DNA of 64,000 nucleotides, taken from contig NC_083283.1 of assembly GCF_963506605.1 (NCBI RefSeq), positions 83,824,001 through 83,888,000 on the forward strand, written 5' to 3'. Every line of letters begins with the position of its first letter. Position 1 is the first letter of the stretch. Source of the DNA: Zootoca vivipara. Its lineage: Eukaryota. The translations under genes were made by a program, and so were the position numbers. The notes beneath the pieces are model-generated. The model saw only the letters and a list, made by a program, of their open reading frames with translations. It had not been told where the DNA came from and searched no databases. Positions 49,661 to 62,667 of the stretch are shown piece by piece.

Positions 49661-52278
49661 TTGTGGGACCATGAATCAAGAGTCTAACTCTAGCTACACA
49701 GGCCAAAGAACTGCAAATGCCACTAGTCTCCACAAAATAAACCAAGAGTCATTGCTGAAATCACTCTACCTATGTATTGCAATGGCGCCCAGGATGTGAC
49801 TGCTTTATTCCCTTGCTTTCCTTCACTGCCTCCAGGCATAGGAGCCAACTCCAAGGGGCTTAGGTCCCTTCGCCCCCCAATAAAATATTTGAGGCAGCCA
49901 GCCAACCCCCCCCCCCCCGTTGATGGGCTTTGCCATTGAAATGGTGGGTGGGTGCTGCAGCTCTCCAGGTGATGCTGAGCATGTCTTCTCTCCAAAACCT
50001 CACACTGCCTTACGCCTCTTGTTTCTGCACCCTCCCCTTTTTGGACTTGCCCCCTCTCCTCCTTTATGTCCTTGCTCCCCCTTGCATGTAAGTTGTACAT
50101 GTATTGACTTATTCATTGCTAGATATGTTTCACTACTTCTTCCAGACCAAAGTAGTCAGTGTGTGGCTATAGAAATAGATCAGTAGGGCTGGTTTCCCTA
50201 AATAAAGTTATATGTGTGTGTGAGAGAGATATTTTGCTGAGCTAGTAATAATTGCAGCAATCAATCAGTGTATTTTGATTTTGTGTGCTCAGTAAACATT
50301 ATCCCTACTAGATAATTCTGTTGAGATGCACTATTGCCATAGTGCATAGACTCTTAGAACGTGGCGGCGGAAAGCAACTCCTATGGCCAGTTGCCAGGAA
50401 TGTACAAAGACAAGGGAAAGTTTCTTACCATCGGCTTTTTATTCAATATTTACAGAGAGAGGCTTAAGAATACATCCTCTTGGATAATGGCGTTGTCCTG
50501 TGTGACGCTCCACCACCACCACCACCACCCCACTTTTCTCCCATTTCCTCATTTGTCATTGTCATCACCTCCTCTACAGGTTCTGACAAGCGCCCTCGGT
50601 CTTTGAGTTCTTTGATCTCCTACTTTCAAGGCTTGCTGGGTTCTGGGAGAGGGGTGTGTGTGGAATGCTTTCTAAAGACACTGTGTCCATCAGCTGTCGC
50701 CCTGCTGTTCCTCCTTCTCCTCTCCCATTATTTCCCAGCTTTTCCCCTCATCTGCCTCTGACTTGTGACCTCCCTTAAACCCCTGCTGTAATTCTGAACT
50801 GTCTCCTTCTTCTCTGGAAGGGTCAGGCTGGGAAGGCGTTCTCCACCATTCCTCCTCTGCCCAGTCCCTGACAGTGGGTAACTAAAACACTAAAACACGA
50901 GGAGGCTCACTAACAACACATAAATAGATTTCTACGCTTCATTATCAAAATACATGATTTTAATGGGGCCATTACCACCAGATGGTTCTTTAAGCCCTTT
51001 ACAAGCAGCCCAGTTCCTAATGTGGAAACTTGCCAGGCCTTATAACATAGAGCGTGAATGCAGCAGTGGCAGCTAATAGATCCTGTCAGAAGTGGACATT
51101 CCCCAGGGTTATGCTAGTCTCTTCTATTGCTTGCATCCCCAAGACTCTTGCTATGCTCTGTCAACCAATATTCCAAGGACCACGTCGAAAAAGTGCTGGT
51201 TTGGGGCCATGTATATATGTTATATATTTGCTGTCTGGCAGTTTAATTCTCTCTGGACACTAAGTCCTCCTCATTTTAAGTTCACTGCCAAAAGATTCCA
51301 AGCACCATTAGGATTAATCCTGTGGAGCAGATGGTTTACTCACCAATTTGGATTCCCCCTCCTTTATGGATTGCAATTTATTAATAACCTGCCAGATGCT
51401 AGAACATTTTCTAATACACGGATTATATTTAATGATTATTCAGATTTCCACAGTGGGGGAGGGTAGCTAATCTTTTTTTAAAAAAAAAGAAAAGAAAAGT
51501 GAATAGCAACAATTATAGTTCATAGATATAGTAACAAGGTCAGCTTGTCTTTTAAAAATAAACATTAATTTTAGCTTGCATAATATATTGCAATGACTCC
51601 AAAATATTGGTACAATTAGCAGAGTATGAAGTTCAGGGAAAGAACAGGCCAATGAGGAATCTGTACAACAAACAGCATCTCCATGTAGACCAGTCTTCCC
51701 CACACCTGTGCCTGCCACATGCTACACCTCCCATAGCTGTGCTGGCTAAGATTGGTGGGAGTTCTCCAAAATATCTGTGGAGCAGCAGGTTGGAAACAGC
51801 TGATCTAGACCTTTCATTGGAACAACTTAAACAAAGGCCATGGAAGCCTAAAGGAAAGGACAAGTTTGATATTTTCCTAACAAGCCAGACACACAAACAC
51901 CTACCTGGTAGGGCAAACTGCAGCCCCCACAGCTGCATTTTTCATTTAATCTTTTTACACTTTTTAAAAAAACCTATCTTGATTATAAACTACATGCAGC
52001 TCAGCATCACAGAGAGTTTGTCCCTGACTCTGTTGTGCTGCTAGACAATAGTTGTGTTAGTACTTTCTTTTATAAGTATGTTTACCAGTAGCTATGGTTG
52101 TTGGAATATACAGTATACTTAGTGACTCACACTTGCATTCATGAAAGCTCTGAGCTCAGTTTCCCACTGTGGGGGTGAGTTAGCAGGCTCTCAGCAGGCT
52201 CTGCTCCACCTTCTTTTTTTGTTGTGCTTCCTGGAACAAACAAAGAAGGAGCCATGCAGCTTTGGCTCCCTGCTTAGC

Positions 52279-52455
52279 NNNNNNNNNNNNNNNNNNNNNN
52301 NNNNNNNNNNNNNNNNNNNNNNNNNNNNNNNNNNNNNNNNNNNNNNNNNNNNNNNNNNNNNNNNNNNNNNNNNNNNNNNNNNNNNNNNNNNNNNNNNNNN
52401 NNNNNNNNNNNNNNNNNNNNNNNNNNNNNNNNNNNNNNNNNNNNNNNNNNNNNNN
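52279..52455. other. Assembly gap (177 N)
   Basis: Run of N. Confidence 1.
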
Positions 52456-52790
52456 CTCGCCCATCTGAATCTCTCCAAAGAAGAGATTTTACAACTTGCA
52501 TCTTTGCTGACCCAAAAATTGCATGATATTTTTTATAAGGAAGCCAAGTACTTTTCTTTTTTTGTTTGGAACCTTTTTAAATCTTCATTTAACTACCAAA
52601 GGATGGCAATTTGTTTGCCATATCTTCTGGAAGCTCTGTGAATAAAATATTCACTTATTTGCAAAGCTAAGTGTCTGGGATTTATTCTAGCCTAAGTATT
52701 TCCATGGGGAATGTTTGTTTAAAGGTGGGTGAGGGCAGATGCAAATCTATCCAAGTTTTAATGTGCTTTGAGCAATCACCATTGTGCTAA

Positions 52791-52842
52791 CTCTGCTACA
52801 AGAAAGTAAAGAATCTCTGCTACAAGAAAGTAAAGAATCTCT
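52791..52842. repeat. 24-bp tandem duplication
   Basis: ctctgctacaagaaagtaaagaat x2. Confidence 0.9.
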
Positions 52843-53120
52843 CTTCCAAACTACTCTCTTTCTAACTGTGGAGAATGTGAAAAATATATAAAACACCAAT
52901 GCCTTCCCTAAGCAGGAGTAAGTGACATTAATCTCCCCTGCACATAAAAGGGGTGTTTCCCTCCCACAGAGCTCAATATACATTTTGTTCCATTCATAAA
53001 TCAGGCCTTAGGCCAAGCAATGGCTTTATCCCCACTTCTGAGGTTGTTTGCCTGTTCATTTGGGCTGGGAGGGAAACTCACAAGAGAAGGACCTTAAAGA
53101 CCAACTAAGTTTTTATTTTG

Positions 53121-53158
53121 GTATGAGCTTTCGTGTGCATGCACACTTCTTCAGATAC
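53121..53158 (-). ncRNA. Mirror copy of the hammerhead ribozyme
   Basis: Exact reverse complement of 53975-54012. Confidence 0.8.
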
Positions 53159-53974
53159 AGTGAAATGGAAGTTTCCAGGCACTTATGTAGAGAAGGGGTG
53201 GGGATGGGGAGGGGAGGGGGGATCACTCAGAAGGGTGGTGGAAATGGGTGATTGACTGACTGATAGCTGTTGATGACCGCAATCGACTGCAAATGGTTTT
53301 GCATGAAAAAGCAAGGGTTGAGATGGCTGAAGATCGCTTATCATGTATAATGAGATAAGAACCCGATATCTCTGTTCAAACCAGGTCCCTCCATGGTTTT
53401 GAGCTTGGTGATAAGTTGCAATTCAGCAACTTCTCTTTCCAGTCTATTTCTGAAATTCTTTTGTAGTAAGACAGCTACTTTGAGATCTTGTATAGAATGT
53501 CCTGGGAGATTGAAGTGTTCTCCTACTGGTTTTTCTGTCTTCTGGTTCCTGATGTCAGATTTATGGACATAAATCTGACATCAGGAACCAGAAGACAGAA
53601 AAACCAGTAGGAGAACACTTCAATCTCCCAGGACATTCTATACAAGATCTCAAAGTAGCTGTCTTACTACAAAAGAATTTCAGAAATAGACTGGAAAGAG
53701 AAGTTGCTGAATTGCAACTTATCACCAAGCTCAAAACCATGGAGGGACCTGGTTTGAACAGAGATATCGGGTTCTTATCTCATTATACATGATAAGCGAT
53801 CTTCAGCCATCTCAACCCTTGCTTTTTCATGCAAAACCATTTGCAGTCGATTGCGGTCATCAACAGCTATCAGTCAGTCAATCACCCATTTCCACCACCC
53901 TTCTGAGTGATCCCCCCTCCCCTCCCCATCCCCACCCCTTCTCTACATAAGTGCCTGGAAACTTCCATTTCACT

Positions 53975-54012
53975 GTATCTGAAGAAGTGTGCATGCACAC
54001 GAAAGCTCATAC
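53975..54012 (+). ncRNA. Minimal type-I hammerhead ribozyme in the Penelope terminal repeat
   Basis: GTAT-CTGAAGA-A-GTGTGC/AT/GCACAC-GAAA-GC-TC-ATAC: CUGANGA and GAAA cores, stems I and II, and a palindromic AGCT mini stem III. Confidence 0.8.
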
Positions 54013-55601
54013 CAAAATAAAAACTTAGTTGGTCTTTAAGGTGCTACTGAAGGAATTTTTTTTATTATTATTATTTTTTATTTTACTTCGATCCAGACCA
54101 ACACGGCTACCTACCTGTCACAAGAGAAGGGACTGGATTGGTCCAGTCATGGGGGAGAATGAATTCCTTCTTTTCCAGTTCATGTTTGGGGTTGATGGGG
54201 TGCCAACAAACACTAGAGGGTGTCATACAGACTAGCTCAGCCATAGCTAGTGGAATTCTAAAGTGGAGTTGAGCCTGCACCAACATGACTAAATTGCATA
54301 TTTACTTGTTTATCGGTTATTACCTAGGCTTATCTAACAGGGTTGCAAAATAATGACACTGAGGACATTTTTCAGCACACTTTCCCAAGCCATGCTGCCT
54401 ACTGGGGAGAGAAAGCAAAGGGAAATTAAAGTAGTTCATCACAAGAACTGTCATCTTCCTTGATAATTAGACCTTCCTTGGCAAACTCCAAAGGTGAGGT
54501 CAGAAAGGGGATGAATAAAGAGATTCAACAGAGCCCCATTTGAGAAGCCCAAGGGGAAGAAGGGGTTGCTTTGTGTGAGTAAAGGTTATTTTCTCCAGGT
54601 CAGGAATTTATTCGAGCTGGACAATGAGATTTGAGACTGCAAGATGGCTCATAGGGAACCTTTGCTTTCACCAGCATTGTATTAAATATTAACGAACAGA
54701 GTAGGATTTCCCATCTTCTACACATATTACAATATAAAAGAGAGTACCTGCAAGGCTTTTATTTACCCTCCTGAATAAACCAAAGATGTTTCACAGAGGG
54801 ATGCTATGTAAATGACTTTATCTTGGAAAATAATCCCACATGGGAAATTTGCTTTGTGGGAAACCTCAATATCTTCTTAATGTTTTACATCTTTGAAGAG
54901 CATGTTTAATATTGTTGCATAGGCAGTTAAAATAAGAGTTTGACTTCGGGTTTTTTGTGTGTTTTTTTGTAAAAGCTGGGTACAAATATTTGTTGAAGGT
55001 TCCTTCTAGAATATATTACTAGTGCATAGAAGTGGTTGTGGCTCAAGGCTGCAAAGAGCACAGATGTGTTTTCAGAGGCATACCTAGGGATTGGTGAAAC
55101 CAGCCTACTAGGAGTGCAGGCCTGGGGAGGGCACAAAAATCACCCCAGAAATCTGTCTCCAGGTTGTGAGTTTAGACAAGAGCTGGGAGCTGAGCGGTAG
55201 AAGAAATGGCAAAGTGGTATGAAGGCAAACTGCTGGAGACTTTGGAGTCTGTGAAGTATATTGGTACATTTTTGTATTAAATATCGGGCGGGAAGGAGCA
55301 GATATCAGTGGAATTAGACAGGACAGCCTACTGGAGAGAGGATACTGTCCAGGGATGAAGAGTGGTGGAGATCATGGTAAGCTTTCCACAATGTGTGCTG
55401 TTGTCTTGGCTCTTGTTACAGGTACCATCCTGATCGTCCAAGAAACTGCCTACATGATGGTGCTCCCAGGGATGACGATGCTCTATGGCTCCCTTATCAT
55501 GTCCACAACAACCTGCAAAGTCATTTCAAACATGAACACATGAACTTCCTGAAACTTATAAACTCCCATACTCTCAGAATAATGTTGTCTATTATAATAT
55601 A

Positions 55602-55885
55602 CTAGTGTCATTCAGCCCGTTTAATAAACGGGTGCTAGAACATGATGCTTCGTTGGGGTGCTCCGCTGAGCCCAGCTGGCCAGCGGGCACCCAGGAGAAG
55701 GCCGCGATTCTTCTGAGGACTGCGAGAGAAACGGTAGGCAGAGGGGTGGGGGGAGCACACGCGCGAGTGTGCGTTCCAAGTCTCTGTGTCCAATCCCTGT
55801 GTCCGTGGGGCACATGCGCAGTAGCGCAAACCCAGGGACACAGGGAATACTGGACACAGAGACACTTGCACTTTATTATAATAGA
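55602..55885 (-). mobile_element. Short non-autonomous Helitron (284 bp)
   Basis: 5' TCTATTATAATAAAG; hairpin CCCGTTT-ATT-AAACGGG 10 nt before the terminal CTAG; A|T insertion site. Confidence 0.85.
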
Positions 55886-56797
55886 TGGGGGACAGAAGGC
55901 AGCACAGAACTTTCATATATTTTCCTGCAGCCAGAGGCACAAGCTGGGCACACTTGACCAAGGGTACTGAGGGGAGATATTTTCTATCTCCCTACATTGT
56001 GTAATATCCGAAGCCACTCTCACCCTGTGTTGTCTATGAATTGATAAAATCACACAGAAATGGCTAAATAATAGCTCAACCTATCAGCCAGATATATTTC
56101 CTCCCCCCTCTTGCTTACCCTATTTGCAAATCACTTCTCACCAGCTTCCAATTAGCTTAGGAAGCATGGGAAAATATTCCTCCTTGACACGGGCTAGAAT
56201 TAATGACTTCATTTGCAACATCTCAACTTTAAAACTTTATTTCTCTCTCCCCTCCTCCTCCTCCCCCCCTCCTTATTTTCTCTTCTTTCATAATTCAGAA
56301 CAAAATTAAACTAATAATTCTATGTATATCTGCTATTGCTACTGGGATGCTGACATTTAGGAATAAATAAGCAGAGAGATCCAAGGCCACTTCTGTCATT
56401 CAGAGAATGCGAGTGCTTTTAGCTTGCACCATTCTATAGTTCTTAAAGCATATGCAGACTTGAACATCTTTTGTGGAACATTTCAAATTCTAGCTCCAGG
56501 CAGCACAAAGAATTATGACTGCTTCTCATCCTCAGTCTGGTTTCTCAGCCTGATTTGAAAAAAAAAATGTTTTGCAAGCCCTCCATAAAGTAGATCTCTA
56601 AGAAATGGCTTCCATGATTGTTTTCCCCTGTCTTCTTTTTGACAGCCAAAGAGTACAGCATATTAATCAGCAAACAAAGCATGAGCAGGAACCTTCAGTA
56701 ATCTACTCTTTGCAGTGAGGGAATCTTTTATCCAAACAGACCAGAGTTACCCTTACTTGTGCTGTATTATTCAAATCCAAGTTTGTGTAATAGGTAC

Positions 56798-57237
56798 TGT
56801 CAGGGTTGTTAAGACTACTCCCGAGTAACGACGTTCCACATATTTGTCTTTCAAAAGTCTTTATTGGTGCACGTTATTTACAGTGTAATGAGCTGTCGGT
56901 TTCATGTCTTCTCATTCCGTATCAGAATCCGGCACTGCCCCTTTTCGCGACTTTGACCAACATAAAAGCCTCAGGGCAGTGAATCTCCTCCCCTTTCTCC
57001 TCCTCCTTAATTCCGGTGTCGGGGGGGGGGGAAGGGTCTACGATCTGCTTTCTCCCTGTCCACCCTTCCCGCCTCTCTCTCTTCCTGCCTGTGGAGCAGG
57101 GGCTCTCCCATGCTGCCAGAGCCCTGGCACTCCTCCGTCTCCTGACTCGCCCCTTCAGACCCCGCGCTTTCATGACTGCTTGGAGACGGACTGCTCCTGT
57201 TGAGAGGGGGGGTTCTCTATAATCCCTCCCCCTTACA
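56798..57237 (-). mobile_element. Solo LTR (440 bp)
   Basis: TG...CA ends, 5-bp TSD ggtac, AATAAA on the minus strand, CpG retained. Confidence 0.8.
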
Positions 57238-58099
57238 GGTACTCTCAATTTAAATGCAACTATACTTTCTAGTACTGCAGAGCTTGGCATTGTTAAAATC
57301 AGTCTGAAATGAATTTGCAGGTGCAGTTTCCCTAGCATCTCAGAACTGAACTAGCTTAATTGGAGGTAAGCCTCATTGATTTTAGTGAAAGCTGTTCCTC
57401 CAAAAAAGTGAATTTAGGAAGCACAAGCCCCGGGAGTTTCCATTCCTTCAGTGACACACTGCCAGGGAATAATTTGTCTTGATTTGATGAGGCAAGGATG
57501 ACATCTAGTGTCTATGTAGATTTATGTTGCAAATACATTTATCAGCACACAAATCAAAGTAGGGTGGGGAAAACAAAAATGAGCTTTGTAATTCCAAGGC
57601 TCCATAAAAAAAAAATAGTACCACTTGCCAACTTCAAAATTATGATGGATATGAATGTTCATATGAGATAGGAAAATCACAATAAAAGGAATGTAAAATG
57701 GTCTACATAAAGGTTTTCTCCTGCAGAAATATGGAAGTGGCAGGAGCAACACCCACAGACCTTCAGAGAAGCAGCTGCCTACAGTGAGCCTTTACCATTT
57801 TTGGGGTGGATAAGTAAATCATAAAGCAAATCATTATATCAAAAAGAAAAAAACGCTATCTAAAATCGCATAGAAAAGTTTTGTGCTCTACAGCACCATC
57901 TGGTGTTGCATGTTTATAATACATCCAAAACACTGGTTGTTTTTTACTAATGTAGCCGAGTCCTTGATCTGTAGTCTTCTGCACCCATTTTTCTACCAGC
58001 TCCATTTCCTATTGCACATATGCTCATGAGAGCATAAAGTCCCAGATTATAACCTTTTAGGAAAGTGTGCACATCATGTCATCCAGATGAGATGCACAG

Positions 58100-58990
58100 T
58101 GTGACGGATTGGGCTGGCTTGAGTAGAACTCCAGGGTGTTAAGTGTTAAACCCAGCCTCTTAGTTGATTGACGGCATTCCATTCCATGAGGGGCGGGACA
58201 GCCACGGGTTTAAAGAGGATGGGTAGCCGTTAATTCAGGGGAGAAGGTTTTGGGGAGCGTGAGCGTGTGGGAGGTTGTGGAGTAGGTTACTAGAGCAGGT
58301 GAAGATGAGAAATTGGTTAGGTTTGTAATTATATAATTAACAAGAACAGTTCTATTGAAACCACATGCTTGCACACATGAAACTTGAATGCAACCATTAA
58401 GATTTTAAGACATTAAATGTTAAGTTAAAGTGCCATTTAAACTACCGTCGGTGTGATCTTTCCAGCAGAGGTATCTATTGCTCATCTGGTGGGGATACTC
58501 ATTAAAAGGACAAAACCCCTATCCAAGGCAGAAAGGATAGTTTGTTGTCCCTGGAGTGCACCGAGAGGGGGAGGAAGAGGGAGACTGGTTCAAGGGTGAC
58601 ACAAAGTTTCCTCGGGAGGGAGGAAAGCTTCACAGTGGGGAAAGCTCAAGTGAGGAGAACCCCTTACTGGTGTGTACACTAAGAATAGTCTCCTATTCAC
58701 CCCAGAGCTTCAGAAGATACCGGGCCACGTTTGGGCTAGAAAAGTACTCTCATTTTATTTGTAAAACCCACAAGGGATAGGGGGATTACAATAAGGCTAT
58801 AGGGAAGAGTGGAGAGGTTTAGTGTTACCTCAGAAATCCCTATTAGTGCTTTTTATAATTTGAGAGGTTTGGAAAGAAAAGGCGTAAGGTGGGGACTTCT
58901 TACGTCGCACACAGCTTTCAACAAGTTGCTATAACACAGAAGTCTGTGCAATGCTGTGGGTTACATTTACAGAGACTAATGTGTGTGACA
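58100..58990 (+). mobile_element. Probable solo LTR
   Basis: tgtgac...gtgaca ends and an internal TATA-like motif, but only an imperfect flank duplication (acag/gcag). Confidence 0.45.
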
Positions 58991-59099
58991 GCAGGGCCAG
59001 CTCTAAGGGAAGGCTGGGTGGCGACGAGAAACAAGGCGGGGGGGGGGGCGCCAGAGCGATCTCCGCACCACGGCGCCAGGGCACCCGACATGCTAAAGA

Positions 59100-59250
59100 C
59101 GGCGGTTTAGTCATGCTGGCCACATGACCCAGAAAGCTGTCTGTGGACAAATGCCGGCTCCCTCGGCCTAAAAGTGAGATGAGCGCCGTAACCCCATAGT
59201 CGCCTTTGACTGGACTTAACCGTCCAGGGGTCCTTTGCCTTTTACCTTTG
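59100..59250 (+). mobile_element. Sauria SINE 3' fragment
   Basis: gtcatgctggccacatgacc ... ccttttaccttt. Confidence 0.85.
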
Positions 59251-60525
59251 TAATCTAAAGTATTTTGTTGTTGTCCACATTAGAGTCCTCCTTGGCCCAA
59301 CTACTATCACACTAAAAGATTCTGTGCTTGAATAACTATCTTCTAAGGAATATATTAAAATTCATCATAAGATGAAAGCATCCTGCTTGATTAAAAAATA
59401 TGTATCAGAAGCAAGGTATAACCTCAGATAACCTTTCCTGCTGTAGAATCAGCAAAAACCAGAAGGGTAATCCAATGCATGAAACCTTCTCCTTCCTATT
59501 CAGCTTCACTACTGCCCACCGGACCCAATATTATTATGTGTTACAAGAAGAGAGCAGGACCAAGAAGTATCATCACACCAGTCCAGTAAGGAAGTAGCTT
59601 TACTTAGTTAACACTGGAATATTGGTTTAGGGGAAAGGAAGTATTGGCAGAGTAAGTAGACACACCCATAATATCTACACTGTGCTATGTCTCTCACCCT
59701 CACACCTTCCAATCTACCATTTCCAGTTATCCCCCAATATTCCTCCTCCAACATCAGGAAGGCATATGGAACTGTATTTGATCCTACCCATCCTTATTGC
59801 CTTTGCTTCTATGCTTTGGGACATTTCATATCCTCATTGCTGATCACAGGGCACATGTGTTAAAGTGTTAGCCTTAGCTTCCCATATCCTGGCTCTGAGC
59901 TTAAACCAGCAGGTTTTCAATAATTGAATTTCCCTAGTTTTTAAAAAAGAAGATGTATTGAAATATTAGGATCTGTTAAATGTGAAAGTAGCTGTTTTGT
60001 AACTATTTATTGTGAAATATAATGGGTAGTTCTCAAATGTATGTGCACACTCTAAACTGCACTGCACTGAGACCTGTTGTGAAGGAAACATATAGGGGAG
60101 TGAAATGCAGTTCACATTGTTACAGCATGAAGTTGAACAAATTTTGGTCTAGAGCAGGGTTGCACATCCTTTCTTTCCCAGGATCCTACACTACACTGCC
60201 TTTCCACTTTGGACAGGAGGTCTACAGTGCAAAGTTGGCAGGCAGTAAGGTTTATGGCAGGGATAGAGAACCTCCAGCAGGCCGGCCAATGTTGCCACAC
60301 CAGGGGTTCAGATTTGGGCCACAAAATATTTTTTTTAGAAACCACAGCTACCTGCCAATCATCAGGCATCACTCTGATGGATAGGTGGCATCAGTCAATG
60401 GGCTGGAGTTTGATTCTGCATTGGCTGTGCAAATCAGCTCTCTTGCTGGGAACTAGTGTGTGCAGCCAAAGCAGCAGAATTTAACCCCTGCTCAGCAGCT
60501 GTGCCCTCCTCTGTTTGCTCTAATT

Positions 60526-60661
60526 CAGGCATGTCAAACCTGCGGCCCTCCAGATGTTTTGGACTACAATTCCCATCTTCCCCAACCACTGGTCCTGCTA
60601 GCTAGGGATCATGGGAGTTGTAGGCCAAAACATCTGGAGGGCCGCAGGTTTGACATGCCTG
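60526..60661. mobile_element. 136-bp hAT MITE
   Basis: Long TIR caggcatgtcaaacctgcggccctccagatgttttgg; 8-bp TSD ctctaatt. Confidence 0.92.
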
Positions 60662-62177
60662 CTCTAATTGGTTCCACGTGCCAGTTCTCCTGATAGAAAC
60701 AGGGGTGTGCAGCCAAGCCTTAGTTTGGGACTATTTGAAAGCCCCTTTGCAAAAAGCCCCACATTGCACTTTGAAGTCCCAATAGCCGGGGCTTCAAAGC
60801 ATAGTATCACCTGGTGTCAAGTGATTGGCAGGTGGGTGGCCCCACCCACATGTCAAATTTGACCTCTCAGGAGATAAGAATCTGCCCTACTGGCCACAAA
60901 AGATTCCCCAACCCTGGTTTAATGGTTAGGTGGCTATGGAACTGAATAAACACATGACACATGGTTCACAGGAATACATTGCCACACCCCATGTTTTTCT
61001 CCATTGCCTACCTGACTCAGCCACTGTAAATACTGGAAGAGAATTGCCACTGTCCTTCTGCTAATAGTGAGAGGGGCTGAGGTGGACAGCAGAGGGCAGG
61101 GGGTGAGGCAGGGGGCTCTGCCTGAGACCGCTTTGAGTCTTGGATAGTGCATTTGGGAGGAGAACTTGTTTTGGGGAGGATGTTTCAGTGTGGGGACATG
61201 AGATGGGGTTCAGTATGGAGCAGGATGTGGGGATAGGTTTCAGTGTGGGGCAAACTCTGTATGTGGAGTAGTGTGGAACAATGTCAGAGAGAGGGCCTGT
61301 AGGGTGTGGGGGTTTCAGTGTGGGGCGGCATTGTGTGCCTGAGGTTTTTGTGGGGGGTGCTTAGTAGTCTGAATGGAGTACCAGGGTGGGTTTGGGGGAC
61401 TCAGTGTAGGGCAAAGTCTGTGTGAGTGATTGGGGGCTTGGAGCATAGAGTGGAGTCAGAGTTTGCAGTGTAGAGTGCATGAGTGGTTATGGGGCGGGTG
61501 TACCCTAAATCTGACTGGATAAAAACATGGCATGCATCTCACAGGGATAGATTGCTACAGTCGCAATTTCTGCACATGGCTTTCCTCACAGAGTTGCTGC
61601 AAGATTAAATACTGGAAGAGCATCAGCACTATCCTCTCTTCAAACAGGGCTGGCCGGTGTGTTGTGAAGGGTGTTTGCCAGGGAAGTTTCGGCGCTGGCC
61701 AATGTGTTGTGGCATTCAATACAGGACCGGGGTGTGAGGTGTGGGGCATTACAGTAGGGTGGGTGTGTTTGTGGCAATGGGTTGTGCTATTCTCCCATGG
61801 TATTTTCTCAGATTCCAAATGTGTTGATTGGACCCAAAAAGATTGACGAGCCAAAAGCAGCTGACCTGATAAGGCAGAGTCACAATGCTAGCTTACTGAC
61901 AGGTAAGTCGCGCTGCAGCCATTTTGGAACTGGGCAAAGCAGCATCAAAAGTCGCTTCTGAGTATGCTCCGCCCAGTTCCAAAATGGCCGCCGTGCCAGA
62001 ATAAACCGGGGAAAAACAAAAAAAACCCGTTTTTTCGGCTGGGAACAGCTGGAAAAACAGGGGTTTCCCGGGGAATACGGGAGACTTGGCAGCTATGAGT
62101 GTGTCACTGCCACATACCGGAAAGGAGATAGGGAGTGGTGAGGCAGGGGGGCTTTCAGGGTGATGGGAGCACCAGTT

Positions 62178-62520
62178 AAGAACATTAGAATAATCTGCTG
62201 GATCAGGTCAGTGGCCCATCTAGTCCAGTATTCTGTTCTCACAGGGGCCAACCAGATGCCCCAGTGAGCAGAACATGAGCCCAAGAGCCCTCTCCCCTCC
62301 TGTGGCTTCCAGCAACTGGTATTCGGAAGCCTTGCTGCCTCCAGGTGTGGAGGTAGAGCATAGCCATTGTGGCTTGGAGCCATTGAGAGCCCTCTCCTCC
62401 TCCGTGAATTTGTCCCATCGTCTTTCCAAGCCATCCAGGTTGGCGGCCATTCCTGCCTCCGGGCAGAGTGAGTTCCATCCTTTCACTATGTGCTGCGTGA
62501 AAGAAGTACTGTACTTTCAT
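62178..62520 (-). mobile_element. CR1 3' fragment
   Basis: aagaacattagaa...tggcccatctagtccag...tgcgtgaaagaagtact. Confidence 0.8.
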
Positions 62521-62531
62521 ATGTCCTAGAT

Positions 62532-62667
62532 CAAGCATCCCCAAACTTCGGCCCTCTAGATGTTTTGGACTACAATTCCTATCTTCCCGGACCACTGGTC
62601 CTGTTAGCTAGGGATCATGGGAGTTGTAGGCCAAAACATCTGGAGGGCCGCAATTTGGGGATGCCTG
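62532..62667. mobile_element. 136-bp hAT MITE (same family as 60526-60661)
   Basis: TIRs and 8-bp TSD tcctagat. Confidence 0.9.

Larger units (their letters stand above)
53091..54117 (+). mobile_element. Penelope-like retroelement, 5'-truncated with an inverted duplication
   Basis: From 53568 it encodes HKSDIRNQKTEKPVGEHFNLPGHSIQDLKVAVL...REVAELQLITKLKT..PGLNRD (GIY-YIG C-terminus); 475-bp inverted arms; 13-bp TSD tcacaagagaagg. Confidence 0.92.

Noticed and set aside
50355-50873. Purine-rich minus-strand stretch resembling an acidic coding exon
   Set aside because: It begins TGTCAGG, has in-frame stops and an AATAAA near the end; more likely an LTR-like repeat, but I could not fix the second terminus or a TSD.
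52141-52641. ORFs containing X runs
   Set aside because: Artefacts of translating through the N gap.
55661-55681. Vault RNA-like 5' sequence GGCCAGCTGGGCTCAGCGG on the minus strand (vault RNA genes lie upstream of PCDHA in mammals)
   Set aside because: It is inside a Helitron and has no convincing B box, no complementary 3' stem and no proper T-run terminator.
61020-61780. Degenerate G-rich repeats (ttcagtgtgggg) and a duplicated taaatactggaagag
   Set aside because: Irregular low-complexity minisatellite; not CRISPR-like and no supportable function.
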